The notes under the pieces are model-generated. The model was not told the DNA's origin. It saw nothing but the letters and a program-made list of their open reading frames with translations, and did not search any database. Of a stretch of DNA of 64,000 nt, positions 50,623-59,630 are shown one piece after another (within the stretch, counting starts at the first letter, position 1; each line of letters begins with the position of its first letter). The stretch lies in the IMG/VR virus record IMGVR_UViG_3300005537_000001, positions 62,001 to 126,000 of that record. One strand, 5' to 3'. Both the position numbers and the translations under genes were made by a program.

Positions 50623-50735
50623 CCGTTGGTATTCAGTTATCTTAAACTTGTGTGTATAACCCGAGGACGTTCGATTCGTTCGTGGCCATTTGGAAAAGGG
50701 GGCCAATCTCTGAATCCGCTTTTGTTGAATCATGA
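50612..50735 (+). ncRNA. element copy 6, permuted
   Basis: TTTAAC-CG..GTTATC; GGACG-TTCGATT-CGTTC T-arm; TTTT-GTTGAA. Confidence 0.7.
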
Positions 50736-50865
50736 GCTTTGAAATTTCATAATTTGGAGAATCGCGATGATTGGTTTAGTTGCTCGGTGGGGACACAACG
50801 TCCTCTTGGTTTCGCTGGTGCTGTTGACGATCGTGTACGTCATATCTACGCGATAGGAGCCCAAA

Positions 50866-51132
50866 ATGAATTTTGAAGAAGAGCTTAACAAGCTGGTGGC
50901 AGAATCTGGAAGCGCTACAACTCCAGAAGAACATCTCGCTATTCTTCGCAAGCTGCAGAAGCTTTTTGAGGACAACCGTAAACACGCGTACGATCATGGT
51001 GTTGAAACGTCAGCTTCTTACTATGACAACCCGGCGTACTGCATCATGGAAAATGCTGAGAACGGTGGGATCAACGTTTACACGGCAACCAACTACTACG
51101 AGTGGTTGCCATCGAGCTGGGATCGATGTTGA
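50866..51132 (+). CDS. distant W.PSS..C-tail protein
   Basis: helical N-terminus; ends EWLPSSWDRC. Confidence 0.65.
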   Translation: MNFEEELNKLVAESGSATTPEEHLAILRKLQKLFEDNRKHAYDHGVETSASYYDNPAYCIMENAENGGINVYTATNYYEWLPSSWDRC

Positions 51133-51402
51133 ACTGGCGATAACCGAGCTAGCCAGCGGTACGGGACGAGCTCACCCATAAGCGAGCTCACTGAATTTGA
51201 TCACCCTACCCAAGGGGTTCGAGAGAGTGGTTGGAAGCATCTCGGCAAGCGCGGCAATGCAAACCGCCGTGATCAAACGCATGCATCAGTTGACGGCGAC
51301 TGCGATAGCCGAGACTAATCGGGAGAGACCGATTGACACGCCGGTACAGACGGCGACGCGGCGAACTTTGAACCGGCCAGGGAGAAGTTCTCCAAGTATA
51401 CT

Positions 51403-51492
51403 GGAAGTGTGGCAGAGTGGTTGATTGCACCAGTCTTGAAAACTGGAGGCTACGCAAGTGGCTCGTGAGTTCGAATCTCACCGCTTCCGCCA
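51403..51492 (+). tRNA. tRNA-Ser(TGA)
   Basis: cloverleaf. Confidence 0.92.
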
Positions 51493-51735
51493 ATTTGATT
51501 TAGCGAAAAATTCTGACAATGCACTGCTTGATGTCGAAACATCGTGATGATGTAATCAAGTATCAGGTTAAACGTTTGTCGGCGCGCTAGTAGATTTTTG
51601 AAGTAGATTGTAAGAGGTCCATAACGCAGAGCGTAGCTTAGCGGCTCGCGCTGCCGGATTCGCGATACGGATTGCATTGCCGGGTTATTTGTACCGCGCG
51701 GATGTATGAAGTACCTGTCTACTTCACTTGTTTAT

Positions 51736-51811
51736 GGGGGATTAGCTCAGCTGGGAGAGCGTACGGTTTGCATCCGTAAGGTCATCGGTTCGATCCCGAT
51801 ATTCTCCACCA
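51736..51811 (+). tRNA. tRNA-Ala(TGC)
   Basis: identical to Ala(GGC) outside anticodon arm. Confidence 0.92.
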
Positions 51812-51813
51812 AT

Positions 51814-51880
51814 TTTGAAAAACCGATAGACATGGTTATCTATCATTCACGCTACCCGTGTCGAACTTTTGTTTTTCAAA
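51814..51880 (+). ncRNA. element copy 7, permuted, near-empty
   Basis: TTTGAAAAAC/GTTTTTCAAA; about 17 nt enclosed. Confidence 0.7.
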
Positions 51881-52022
51881 TTCGATTTTGAGACCCGAGA
51901 AATCGGGGTTATGGACCGCGGTGGTTGGCACGCTTAGACGTTGAGCTGAATATACCTGGGTTAGAAGCTCACCGAACGGGATTCTAGGCCTCTGCAGTGC
52001 ACGAACTATCTCTCAAAATTTT

Positions 52023-52098
52023 CGGAGTGTCGCCTAGCGGCCATGGCACTGGTTTTGGGTACCAGCTCTCGCGAGTTCGAGTCTCGCCACTCCGACCA
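52023..52098 (+). tRNA. tRNA-Pro(TGG), second type
   Basis: cloverleaf. Confidence 0.82.
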
Positions 52099-52266
52099 TT
52101 TATGCACACCTACCATGTTGTAGGATGTGTTATGAGGTAGTCTGACTGCCTCAGTCTATTTTACTGGTTTTCGTAAAACCAGTTGGGGTGGGTTAGCAAT
52201 AGCCGCCGGTTACTGGACCTAAACCAGTTGGTGGGGCGGTCGACTAAGTCGGCCCCGCGTTTGAAT

Positions 52267-52400
52267 TGACAACCGTTGATGATTGGTTATCTTTCGCCAA
52301 AACTGAAAGGCTAGCACAATTGGAATAGTGCACCCAACTTAGACTTGGGAGATGAGGGTTCGAGTCCCCGCTAAAACATCGATCTTCGCTTTTGTTGTCA
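52267..52400 (+). ncRNA. element copy 8 around a circularly permuted tRNA
   Basis: TCTTTC-GCCA precedes GAAAGG; D arm; CCCAA-CTTAGAC-TTGGG; T loop. Confidence 0.75.
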
Positions 52401-52424
52401 TCATAATTTTCAAGGAGATTGCTC

Positions 52425-52748
52425 ATGAATAAAATCGCAGCAGCTTTGCTTCTCTCGATTATTGCTGGATGCACGATAACTCCAGCTCCGTATACGTACG
52501 CGCAGGAAGTCTGCACGGTTAACGGCGTTGTCGTCGCGTGTTATAATCCAGACTACGTAGTTTATCCAGCTTACGCCGACGCGTATATCTGGGACGCAGA
52601 ATTTGGTGCCTACTACTTCTGGGGTGGTGGATATCGTCACTACATGGATCGAGATTGGCGCTATGGACACGGTGTTCCACGCGGATACTGGCATGGTAAC
52701 CGAGTCTACGGTGGTCATGGCGGATTCCATGGCGGTCATCACCGCTAA
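52425..52748 (+). CDS. Tyr/Gly/Trp-rich lipoprotein
   Basis: IAGC lipobox. Confidence 0.7.
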   Translation: MNKIAAALLLSIIAGCTITPAPYTYAQEVCTVNGVVVACYNPDYVVYPAYADAYIWDAEFGAYYFWGGGYRHYMDRDWRYGHGVPRGYWHGNRVYGGHGGFHGGHHR

Positions 52749-52778
52749 TTTAATTTCTCTAGCATGAGAGTGACGTGA

Positions 52779-52849
52779 GCGGGATTGGTGTAGTGGTAGC
52801 CCGAAACCTTGCCAAGGTCTAAGTACCGGTTCGATTCCGGTATCCCGCT
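52779..52849 (+). tRNA. tRNA-Gly(GCC), CCA not encoded
   Basis: cloverleaf. Confidence 0.85.
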
Positions 52850-52886
52850 CAGGTCACTTTTGTGCTTTGATGTTTAGAGCTAAATC

Positions 52887-53390
52887 ATGATAACGATCGA
52901 AAGAAATGGTTGGGCTGTTTCTCGCCGGCTTGGCGTCGGTGATCGAGAACACGTTAGAGCTGGGCTGCTTCAGGTTTACTGCATGGATACGACCGATGTC
53001 GTTAAGCAGTGCGAGGGTGCCCTTGCCGCGGCAAAGAAGCTGCAAAAGACGGCGCGCATCTACATCAACGCCAAGAAGCTACCACCGGAAATCACCAACC
53101 ACATCATCATGTCAACCTTCGGGCAGCACCGCGATCACGATCTCATGGAGGAGAAAGATCTAAGCCGCAAGCGCTTTGAGTGGGTGCTTGGACGCTGCGA
53201 CATCATCGTTGCTCCCCATGGAGGATCCGTTACAGCTCTTCGAGACATCATTGTGGAACTTTGGAATTCTACTGGTGGAAGAGAGATTACTGGCGGCAAC
53301 CATGGACAGCTTACTGAAGCTGAGCTGCGCAAGCTTCATCCCCAGTTCTACGGTGGCGAAGAAGATCTTTGGACTGAGTACAACAAATAA
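52887..53390 (+). CDS. hypothetical protein
   Basis: ORF track. Confidence 0.65.
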   Translation: MITIERNGWAVSRRLGVGDREHVRAGLLQVYCMDTTDVVKQCEGALAAAKKLQKTARIYINAKKLPPEITNHIIMSTFGQHRDHDLMEEKDLSRKRFEWVLGRCDIIVAPHGGSVTALRDIIVELWNSTGGREITGGNHGQLTEAELRKLHPQFYGGEEDLWTEYNK

Positions 53391-53394
53391 ATTT

Positions 53395-53486
53395 GGAAGT
53401 GTGGCAGAGCCTGGTTTATTGTACCTCCCTGCTAAGGAGGAGCTGACTAACGTTGGCCGTGAGTTCGAATCTCACCACTTCCGCCA
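53395..53486 (+). tRNA. tRNA-Ser(GCT)
   Basis: cloverleaf. Confidence 0.9.
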
Positions 53487-53628
53487 AATAAGGAAATCGT
53501 CATGACCCTCAAGAATAACACCGTAGCAAGCATTCTACTCAACGTTTGCAGTCGTTCAAGCGATATTGATCTGATAATTTACGGCGAGTGGCTCAAGAGT
53601 CACGGAGCCGTCCCACTGGAATACCCAA

Positions 53629-53952
53629 ATGAATCTCAAGAACTCAAATGTTCACCAGGCCTTGCTGAACGCCTACGCGTATTTCAAGAATCTACTGCTG
53701 GTGATCAAGGATCAGCTACCGCTTAAGCGCTTTATTCGGAATTTCTTCATCACGCGCAACGCGTGGGGATTGTTCCACGTAAACTCGCACGTTGCTCAGG
53801 GTACCGGCAAACCGAAGGTCGCGTACAATACGAAGAAATCAGCGGTTAAAGCGGCAGAGTCTATGGGCAAGAAGCATGGAAAGCACTTCAGTCCGTACAA
53901 ATGCCTGCACTGCAGCGGGTTTCATATCGGTAGAAATCGAGACAACAAATAA
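53629..53952 (+). CDS. hypothetical protein with Y.C..C..FH motif
   Basis: YKCLHCSGFHIG. Confidence 0.6.
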   Translation: MNLKNSNVHQALLNAYAYFKNLLLVIKDQLPLKRFIRNFFITRNAWGLFHVNSHVAQGTGKPKVAYNTKKSAVKAAESMGKKHGKHFSPYKCLHCSGFHIGRNRDNK

Positions 53953-54067
53953 TTCTGACTGTTGACAAGCCGTCGTAACGAGAAGGTGGACCTAGGGACT
54001 TTTACGGCTTTCTACCTAGGGCGTCAACGCATTGGCACTCGAGCGCTAAAATCGTTACAGTCAGATT

Positions 54068-54158
54068 GGAAGCATGGCAGAGTGGTTTATTGCACCTGGT
54101 TCGAACCCAGGAAATCATAAATGTTGGTTCGTAGGTTCGAATCCTACTGCTTCCTCCA
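54068..54158 (+). tRNA. tRNA-Ser(CGA)
   Basis: cloverleaf. Confidence 0.88.
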
Positions 54159-54199
54159 CATAAATAGCCCAGTGTTATCACCCCATCTAGGAGAATTTC

Positions 54200-54463
54200 A
54201 TGAGTGACGTAGAACAGACAGTTGAGGCTCCAGCCTCTGGCGACACGGTAGCCGATGGTTTTTTCGCCAGCGTTTACAGCAAGATCGTTGCCGAGGTAAA
54301 AGCCGTTGAGAAGGATGCGCTTGCCGTTGAAGCGAAGGTCAAGGCTTCAATCGAGGCATTCGCGGCCGGCATTTCAGCTAAGCTCCACAGCCTTCACGCT
54401 GAAGCTGCCGTTGTTGCAGCTGACGTTAAGACGGATGTTGCTGAAGTAGAAACGAAGGTCTAA
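54200..54463 (+). CDS. Ala/Val-rich helical protein
   Basis: AGGAG RBS; ATAAATA upstream. Confidence 0.65.
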   Translation: MSDVEQTVEAPASGDTVADGFFASVYSKIVAEVKAVEKDALAVEAKVKASIEAFAAGISAKLHSLHAEAAVVAADVKTDVAEVETKV

Positions 54464-54466
54464 CTT

Positions 54467-54745
54467 TTTCAAAGTCCGACCTATCGCTGGTTGAACAGCT
54501 GAAAGGCACGTGTGGATGCTAGCGTCCACCAACCAGAGGAAGCTCGGGACTGGCACAAGAGACGTGTGGGAGGGAAACCGTTAAACCACCGTGATCGCCA
54601 GCAAGCCAAACAGAACGAGGGAATCTCTTGCTTATTCGTTCGGGTTGGTGCGGCGATGATCTGGATTTAAACCCAGGGAGCACGTTCGTAAGAGCGTAGT
54701 GGAATGATAGGATAAAACAAAATCCCGGCTATTTGGACTTTGAAA
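54467..54745 (+). ncRNA. rnpB: compact RNase P RNA-like gene
   Basis: P1, P2, P3, P5 helices; P4 AGC(T)CGGGA/TCCCGGCT with bulged U; GAGGAA and ACAAAA flanks. Confidence 0.78.
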
Positions 54746-54764
54746 ATTATTTAGGAGAGATGCA

Positions 54765-54968
54765 ATGACACCGCGAGAACGAGTTAAGGCAGCAGAAGAG
54801 CGTCTGAAAGCGCTTGGCGTTAAGGACGTAAAGTTCGCTTGGAACTATGAAGCGGTAGCCAAGAATACACCAGATCAGGTTTTTACCGACGTGGCTGTCG
54901 CGCTTGAGGCATACCTTGACGGTAAGTACACTCCTCTAGCTGAGCTTAACGACCGTCCTGCTGCATGA
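54765..54968 (+). CDS. hypothetical protein
   Basis: AGGAG RBS. Confidence 0.6.
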   Translation: MTPRERVKAAEERLKALGVKDVKFAWNYEAVAKNTPDQVFTDVAVALEAYLDGKYTPLAELNDRPAA

Positions 54969-55118
54969 AAAGCTTGAGGCATCGGCGAGGAGGTGGTAGC
55001 TTCAACCTCAAGGGGAAGCTTACCAAAGCGTGCGCCTGTCGGTGCTGCACGATGATAAACCCTAAATACAAGATAAAGAAAAAGGAAGATCAAAGAGAAC
55101 TTCATCTTGCGCTAAGAG

Positions 55119-55658
55119 GTGTTTAACGTGGAATCAGTACCCTATTCTGTCGGTCGCAGCCAGATTCAAGATGGCGACATCGTATTCATGGCTCACCGTA
55201 AAACGGTTATGTCATTCATAATCAGGCTGTTCACGCGATCAATCTACTCGCACTGCAACATTGCATTTTGGATTGATACGCCAGCTGGAAAGAGGCTGAT
55301 GGCCGTTGAAGCGCAGGGCGGAACGGCGCGTCGAGTCATCAATCTTAGCTGCTATGAAAAGCTTAGCGACATGCACGTCGTATCTCCTCCTAAAGATTGG
55401 AACACCGTGGCACCGGTCGCGCTGGTTGAGCTTGGATTTCAGAAATACAGCTACATCGACGCGATCTACGTTGGGCTGAGAGAATTTCTCCTGCAGTATT
55501 TTGACATCAAGATAGCCGAAAAGCGACTTGGTGAAATCTGTTCTGAATTTGTTGCGCGTATTAATCAAATGCCGGACCAACAGATTAGTCCAGAGCTTTT
55601 GATGCAAGAGCTTAACCGTGAAGGTCATCAAATCAAGCTGATGATTTCACGCCCATAA
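55119..55658 (+). CDS. permuted papain-like amidase (YiiX/YebB, NlpC/P60)
   Basis: GDIVF...YSH...ICSEFV. Confidence 0.75.
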   Translation: MFNVESVPYSVGRSQIQDGDIVFMAHRKTVMSFIIRLFTRSIYSHCNIAFWIDTPAGKRLMAVEAQGGTARRVINLSCYEKLSDMHVVSPPKDWNTVAPVALVELGFQKYSYIDAIYVGLREFLLQYFDIKIAEKRLGEICSEFVARINQMPDQQISPELLMQELNREGHQIKLMISRP

Positions 55659-55661
55659 CTT

Positions 55662-55753
55662 GGAAACGTGGGAGAGTGGCTTAATCCACCAGATTGGAAA
55701 TCTGGAGAGTCACGCAAGTGGCTCCGTGAGTTCGAATCTCACCGTTTCCGCCA
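55662..55753 (+). tRNA. tRNA-Ser(GGA)
   Basis: cloverleaf. Confidence 0.92.
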
Positions 55754-55758
55754 ATTAT

Positions 55759-55851
55759 GCTTCTGTAGTTTAATGGTAGAACGCCGGCCTTATACCCCGG
55801 ATAGCGCCAGATTAGCGCGTGGTGGAGGTTCGATTCCTCCCAGAAGCACCA
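55759..55851 (+). tRNA. tRNA with TAT anticodon and long variable region
   Basis: GCTTCTG/CAGAAGC; loop CTTATAC. Confidence 0.7.
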
Positions 55852-55859
55852 ATTTCAAT

Positions 55860-56011
55860 GCGTCGATAGCTCAGAGTTCTGGCGACTACCTTGTACAGGG
55901 GAAAGTTGGATGCTTGCTGCGACGGAGGCGGTTGATCACGCTTCTATAGCTCAAGCGAAGAGCAGCCGGTATTTAACCGGCGTGTCGGTGGTTAGAATCC
56001 ATCTCGGCGCT
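55860..56011 (+). tRNA. tRNA-Lys(TTT)-like gene with 80-nt insertion and ATAGCTCA direct repeat
   Basis: GCGTCGA/TCGGCGC; GCCGG-TATTTAA-CCGGC. Confidence 0.6.
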
Positions 56012-56168
56012 CCTCAACATAGGTACCTGATTGAAGTTGTAATCTTCACGTGACGCGTGATATAATTCTAACTTGAAAGTTTTTCAGGTTGAGTCCTGAT
56101 TAAATATTTTGTGCGATGCTGATCGCATTTTTGCACTTTACAATTTATTTTTAGAAGGAAAAACTTTA

Positions 56169-57233
56169 ATGAAGAAAAACTATATCGGCATTTCTCGTGA
56201 CCATTCTGGTTCCATGTTCTCGATCGCTCGCCCAGCAGCCCGCGACTACAATGACAACATAGCTTCCATTCAAGAAGCGTCGCAATCCCAAAATCAAGAC
56301 ACGATCGTTTCGGTAGTTGAGTGTGGTGGAAACCACGGCATTCCGATTCGGCGCGTCATCGTGAACTCAAACGTATCCACGTTACAGCCAATCGCAGAGA
56401 GCTCATATCATACCGGTGGCGGCACCGCCCTGTTTGATTCAATCGGTGAGCTCATCGAGATGTTTGAAAAGGTACCTGATGCATCCAATCCGGATGTTTC
56501 GTTTCTCATCATGGCGGTTACCGACGGTGAGGAACAGCACTCGCGCAAGTACAACGCGCGCAGCCTTGCAGCTAAGATTCGTGAGCTGCAAGCTACCGAC
56601 CGCTGGACATTCGTATTCCGGGTTCCCGTTGGTTATGGTCGTAAGCTTGCAAGCTTAGGTATTCCGGATGGCAACATTCTTGAGTGGGAACAATCATCAC
56701 ACGGCGTGCAGGTAGCTTCTGCTGCCACCCGCTCGGCATTTACGGATTACTACAGCGCTCGTTCGGCTGGTGCAACTTCTACCAAGAAGTTCTACGCTGA
56801 TCTTTCAAGCGTTTCAAGCAAGGACGTCGCCGTAGCTCTCCGCGATATTTCATCTGAAGTTATGCTGTGGCCGGTATCAACAAAGGATGATGGTGCCGCG
56901 ATTCGCGACTTCGTAGAACAGCGCCTCAACGGTGACCCTCTTTTGAAGGGCGCCGCATTTTACCAGCTTGTCAAAACCGAGAAGGAAGTGCAAGATCACA
57001 AGCGTCTAATCATCCGCGATAAAACTTCAAATGCAATCTACGAGGGAGCCGCGGCGCGTAAGATGATGGGCCTACCAACGTATGGAACCATCCGCTTGGC
57101 GCCAGATGATCTTGGTAACTTTGATCTTTTCATCCAATCGACTTCTGTAAACCGTAAGGTCGACAAGGGCACGCAGGTGCTGTACTGGAAGAATGTAGGC
57201 AAAGCTTACAAAGAAGGACCGTCCGCTCGCTAA
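56169..57233 (+). CDS. vWA-domain protein
   Basis: DHSGS MIDAS, T.L.D.IG, TDGEE. Confidence 0.82.
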   Translation: MKKNYIGISRDHSGSMFSIARPAARDYNDNIASIQEASQSQNQDTIVSVVECGGNHGIPIRRVIVNSNVSTLQPIAESSYHTGGGTALFDSIGELIEMFEKVPDASNPDVSFLIMAVTDGEEQHSRKYNARSLAAKIRELQATDRWTFVFRVPVGYGRKLASLGIPDGNILEWEQSSHGVQVASAATRSAFTDYYSARSAGATSTKKFYADLSSVSSKDVAVALRDISSEVMLWPVSTKDDGAAIRDFVEQRLNGDPLLKGAAFYQLVKTEKEVQDHKRLIIRDKTSNAIYEGAAARKMMGLPTYGTIRLAPDDLGNFDLFIQSTSVNRKVDKGTQVLYWKNVGKAYKEGPSAR

Positions 57234-57239
57234 AGCTGC

Positions 57240-57271
57240 GTGAAGTCCCGAACCATTATTCGGGACTTCAC
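57240..57271 (+). terminator. hairpin terminator candidate
   Basis: GTGAAGTCCCGAA/TTCGGGACTTCAC. Confidence 0.65.
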
Positions 57272-57288
57272 TTCACAAGGAGATTTAC

Positions 57289-57516
57289 ATGCGTCAGAAA
57301 GGTTTTACCTTCATTGAGCTATTCATCGTGATTGCTATCATCGCGGTCCTAGCGATAATAGCAGTTCCAGCTATCAACGACGTCATCTCGCGTGGCAAGC
57401 AAGCTGCTACCCAAAATCAACAATTTCAGGGAGTTCCTGGTATTTCGTGCGCACCGGCCCCAGATGATAGCTCACTGCTCGTATGTTCTAACGGTCAGAC
57501 CTACCGAGCAAATTGA
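57289..57516 (+). CDS. type IV prepilin-like protein
   Basis: KG/FTFIELFIVIAIIAVLA class III signal. Confidence 0.85.
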   Translation: MRQKGFTFIELFIVIAIIAVLAIIAVPAINDVISRGKQAATQNQQFQGVPGISCAPAPDDSSLLVCSNGQTYRAN

Positions 57517-57740
57517 TGCCACGTCCTACCCAAAAGCAGAAGATCGAGATGTATGAAGGACTCCTTCACGATATCAATTCTTCTGCTGCCATCGCGATGC
57601 GAGCTGAAGACGTTCAGAGGTTGATTCGAAACATCTGCGATTGGTCATACGCGCACCGACAGGGAAATGGTGAACTTACTGACAAGCAACAACGAAATCT
57701 CATCAATGGAGCCTTCTGGCGGCTGAGAAATCGTAAGTAG
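57513..57740 (+). CDS. hypothetical protein
   Basis: ORF track. Confidence 0.55.
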   Translation: MMPRPTQKQKIEMYEGLLHDINSSAAIAMRAEDVQRLIRNICDWSYAHRQGNGELTDKQQRNLINGAFWRLRNRK

Positions 57741-57870
57741 AATAATCACGCGCTCAAGACGCGTGATGCCAGGATTATAAATATCCGATATGGCTATCAG
57801 ATCAAAACCAGCAACCAAAGCCTATCGTGATGGATGGGATGCGATCTTTGGACGATCAAAGAAGAATAAA

Positions 57871-58138
57871 AATGAACTTTCAAGTAACACCAGAAGAAGA
57901 ATCAAAGATAGACAAGTGGCTCCGAGAAACGGTTTACCCGCCAATTCTCGAAGAGCAAAGGAAAGATCCACATCTAGCGTCGCTCCACTTTGAGGATGAA
58001 GAAGGATATACGTATCCTTACTTCGGAGCCGTAGGCGGCGACCTAACGTATTCATTCAGACCAACTAGCATCGGCACAATCTTCACGGTAAAATCTTGTG
58101 GTCATGAGCTCGACTTGACCGACTATGAGAGCTGGTAA
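57871..58138 (+). CDS. hypothetical protein
   Basis: 3' part of ORF-track 57827..58138; start approximate. Confidence 0.55.
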
Positions 58139-58140
58139 GC

Positions 58141-59079
58141 ATGCCGCGCCCTAAAGAAACACCAACGTTAAAGATTAAGCGTCTATCACCAAATCTTGCT
58201 GGTCGCGACTTTGTGTGTGGAGATATCCATGGCAGCTACTCATGCGTTACGGCAGCTCTCAACGGACTCAATTTCGACAAGACGAAGGACCGTCTAATCT
58301 GCGCGGGTGACCTCGTTGACCGCGGCCCATCCAACGAAGCGTGTCTTGACTTAATCAACCAACCATGGTTCTTCGCGTGCATGGGTAACCACGAGCAGCT
58401 CATGTTCGAATTTTTCAAAGGCGGCTACTATGGGCAGTGGTGGCAGCCTAACGGAGGTTCATGGGGAACCAGATACAAAACTGAACAAACTACGATGGGC
58501 GAATTTGTTCGAAAGGCGATCAAGCAGATTGAGGATCTTCCGTACCTCATAACCGTTGAAAAGAAAGATGGCAGCTTGTTTCACGTGCTCCACGCTGAGC
58601 TTCCGCCGCGCGCACCGTTTGATTCATCGCATCGAGAAGACTGTCAAGATGAGGTTATTACCGACGCGATGCTAGCAGACCCAGCTACATTTACAAAGGT
58701 AGCTACGATTCAGACCCAAGATGGTGACACGATTACTTGGGGTCGGTATATTTTCTATTCGCTCTACAAGCAGCAGCTTGATGAGCGCTCGATTAAAAAA
58801 TTTAGCACGATGGCTAAGCAGCAGAAGCTTGGTGCCGTTTTTAATCCGGCGCTATCGCACATTTATTCCGGTCACACCATCATGCGCGCTCCAGTAACCT
58901 TTATGGGTCAGACAAACCTTGATACAATGGCCTACGCGTCGTACAAGCTTCCAAGCCGGTACAACGATGGCAGCCCCGAGCTATGGTGTGGTTTGACGAT
59001 AGCTGAACCGGAGACTGGAAAATTTTGGTTGGCCAACGATAGAGAATTCAAAGAAGTTCAGGCGATTGTTATTCTCTGA
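58141..59079 (+). CDS. Ser/Thr protein phosphatase (NinI/PphA-like)
   Basis: GDIHG, GDLVDRG, GNHE, GHT. Confidence 0.9.
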   Translation: MPRPKETPTLKIKRLSPNLAGRDFVCGDIHGSYSCVTAALNGLNFDKTKDRLICAGDLVDRGPSNEACLDLINQPWFFACMGNHEQLMFEFFKGGYYGQWWQPNGGSWGTRYKTEQTTMGEFVRKAIKQIEDLPYLITVEKKDGSLFHVLHAELPPRAPFDSSHREDCQDEVITDAMLADPATFTKVATIQTQDGDTITWGRYIFYSLYKQQLDERSIKKFSTMAKQQKLGAVFNPALSHIYSGHTIMRAPVTFMGQTNLDTMAYASYKLPSRYNDGSPELWCGLTIAEPETGKFWLANDREFKEVQAIVIL

Positions 59080-59139
59080 GTGTACATTCTTCCTAATCTG
59101 TGTTACAATCTTTCTACTTGATTTCCCTTAGGAGAAAAA

Positions 59140-59409
59140 ATGTCTCGAAATTCAAAATCTGCCCGTCTTATCGCCGAAGGAAAAAATAATCGGCGAGCTA
59201 AGAATAATGGGCCAACTGGACCTATTTCAACTGGCAACAAGGGTCCAGCTCGCACAGAGTCTAAGCATGGGAAAAGAAAGGCTTGGTTCCAGCTTTACGA
59301 TTCCCACAGTGATTACATGAAGGCGCAGAAGGGCGGCAAGAAGCGAGAACGTCAGGAAAAAGAAGCTGATGAACGAGCGGAAGCAGCTGAAGATCAAAAG
59401 GCAGCTTGA
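59140..59409 (+). CDS. basic hypothetical protein
   Basis: promoter TGTACA-17-TACAAT at 59081; AGGAG RBS. Confidence 0.7.
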   Translation: MSRNSKSARLIAEGKNNRRAKNNGPTGPISTGNKGPARTESKHGKRKAWFQLYDSHSDYMKAQKGGKKRERQEKEADERAEAAEDQKAA

Positions 59410-59630
59410 ACTCAACAAGAGGGTGCATAGCAAAGGCTACGCGCTTCTCTATTCGATAGTCTTTTTTCAAGTCGGTATTTTCTGCCTTACGATTGGTGTT
59501 CTGGCATCAAGATCAATCTACTCAACTGCTGATATAGCCGGTGGCATTTTCTTCTTGATTAGCGGATATGGCTACTTGACGCGTTTTAGAAAGATGAATA
59601 AATAGTTGGATAGATCCAACCGGAGATAAC

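Noticed and set aside
50767-50856. TM mini-ORF whose TAG is in frame with 50866
   Set aside because: TAGGAG doubles as the downstream RBS, so readthrough is not needed
52330-52350. CTTAGAC loop as a second amber suppressor
   Set aside because: Anticodon reads UAG (Leu codon CUA), not CUA
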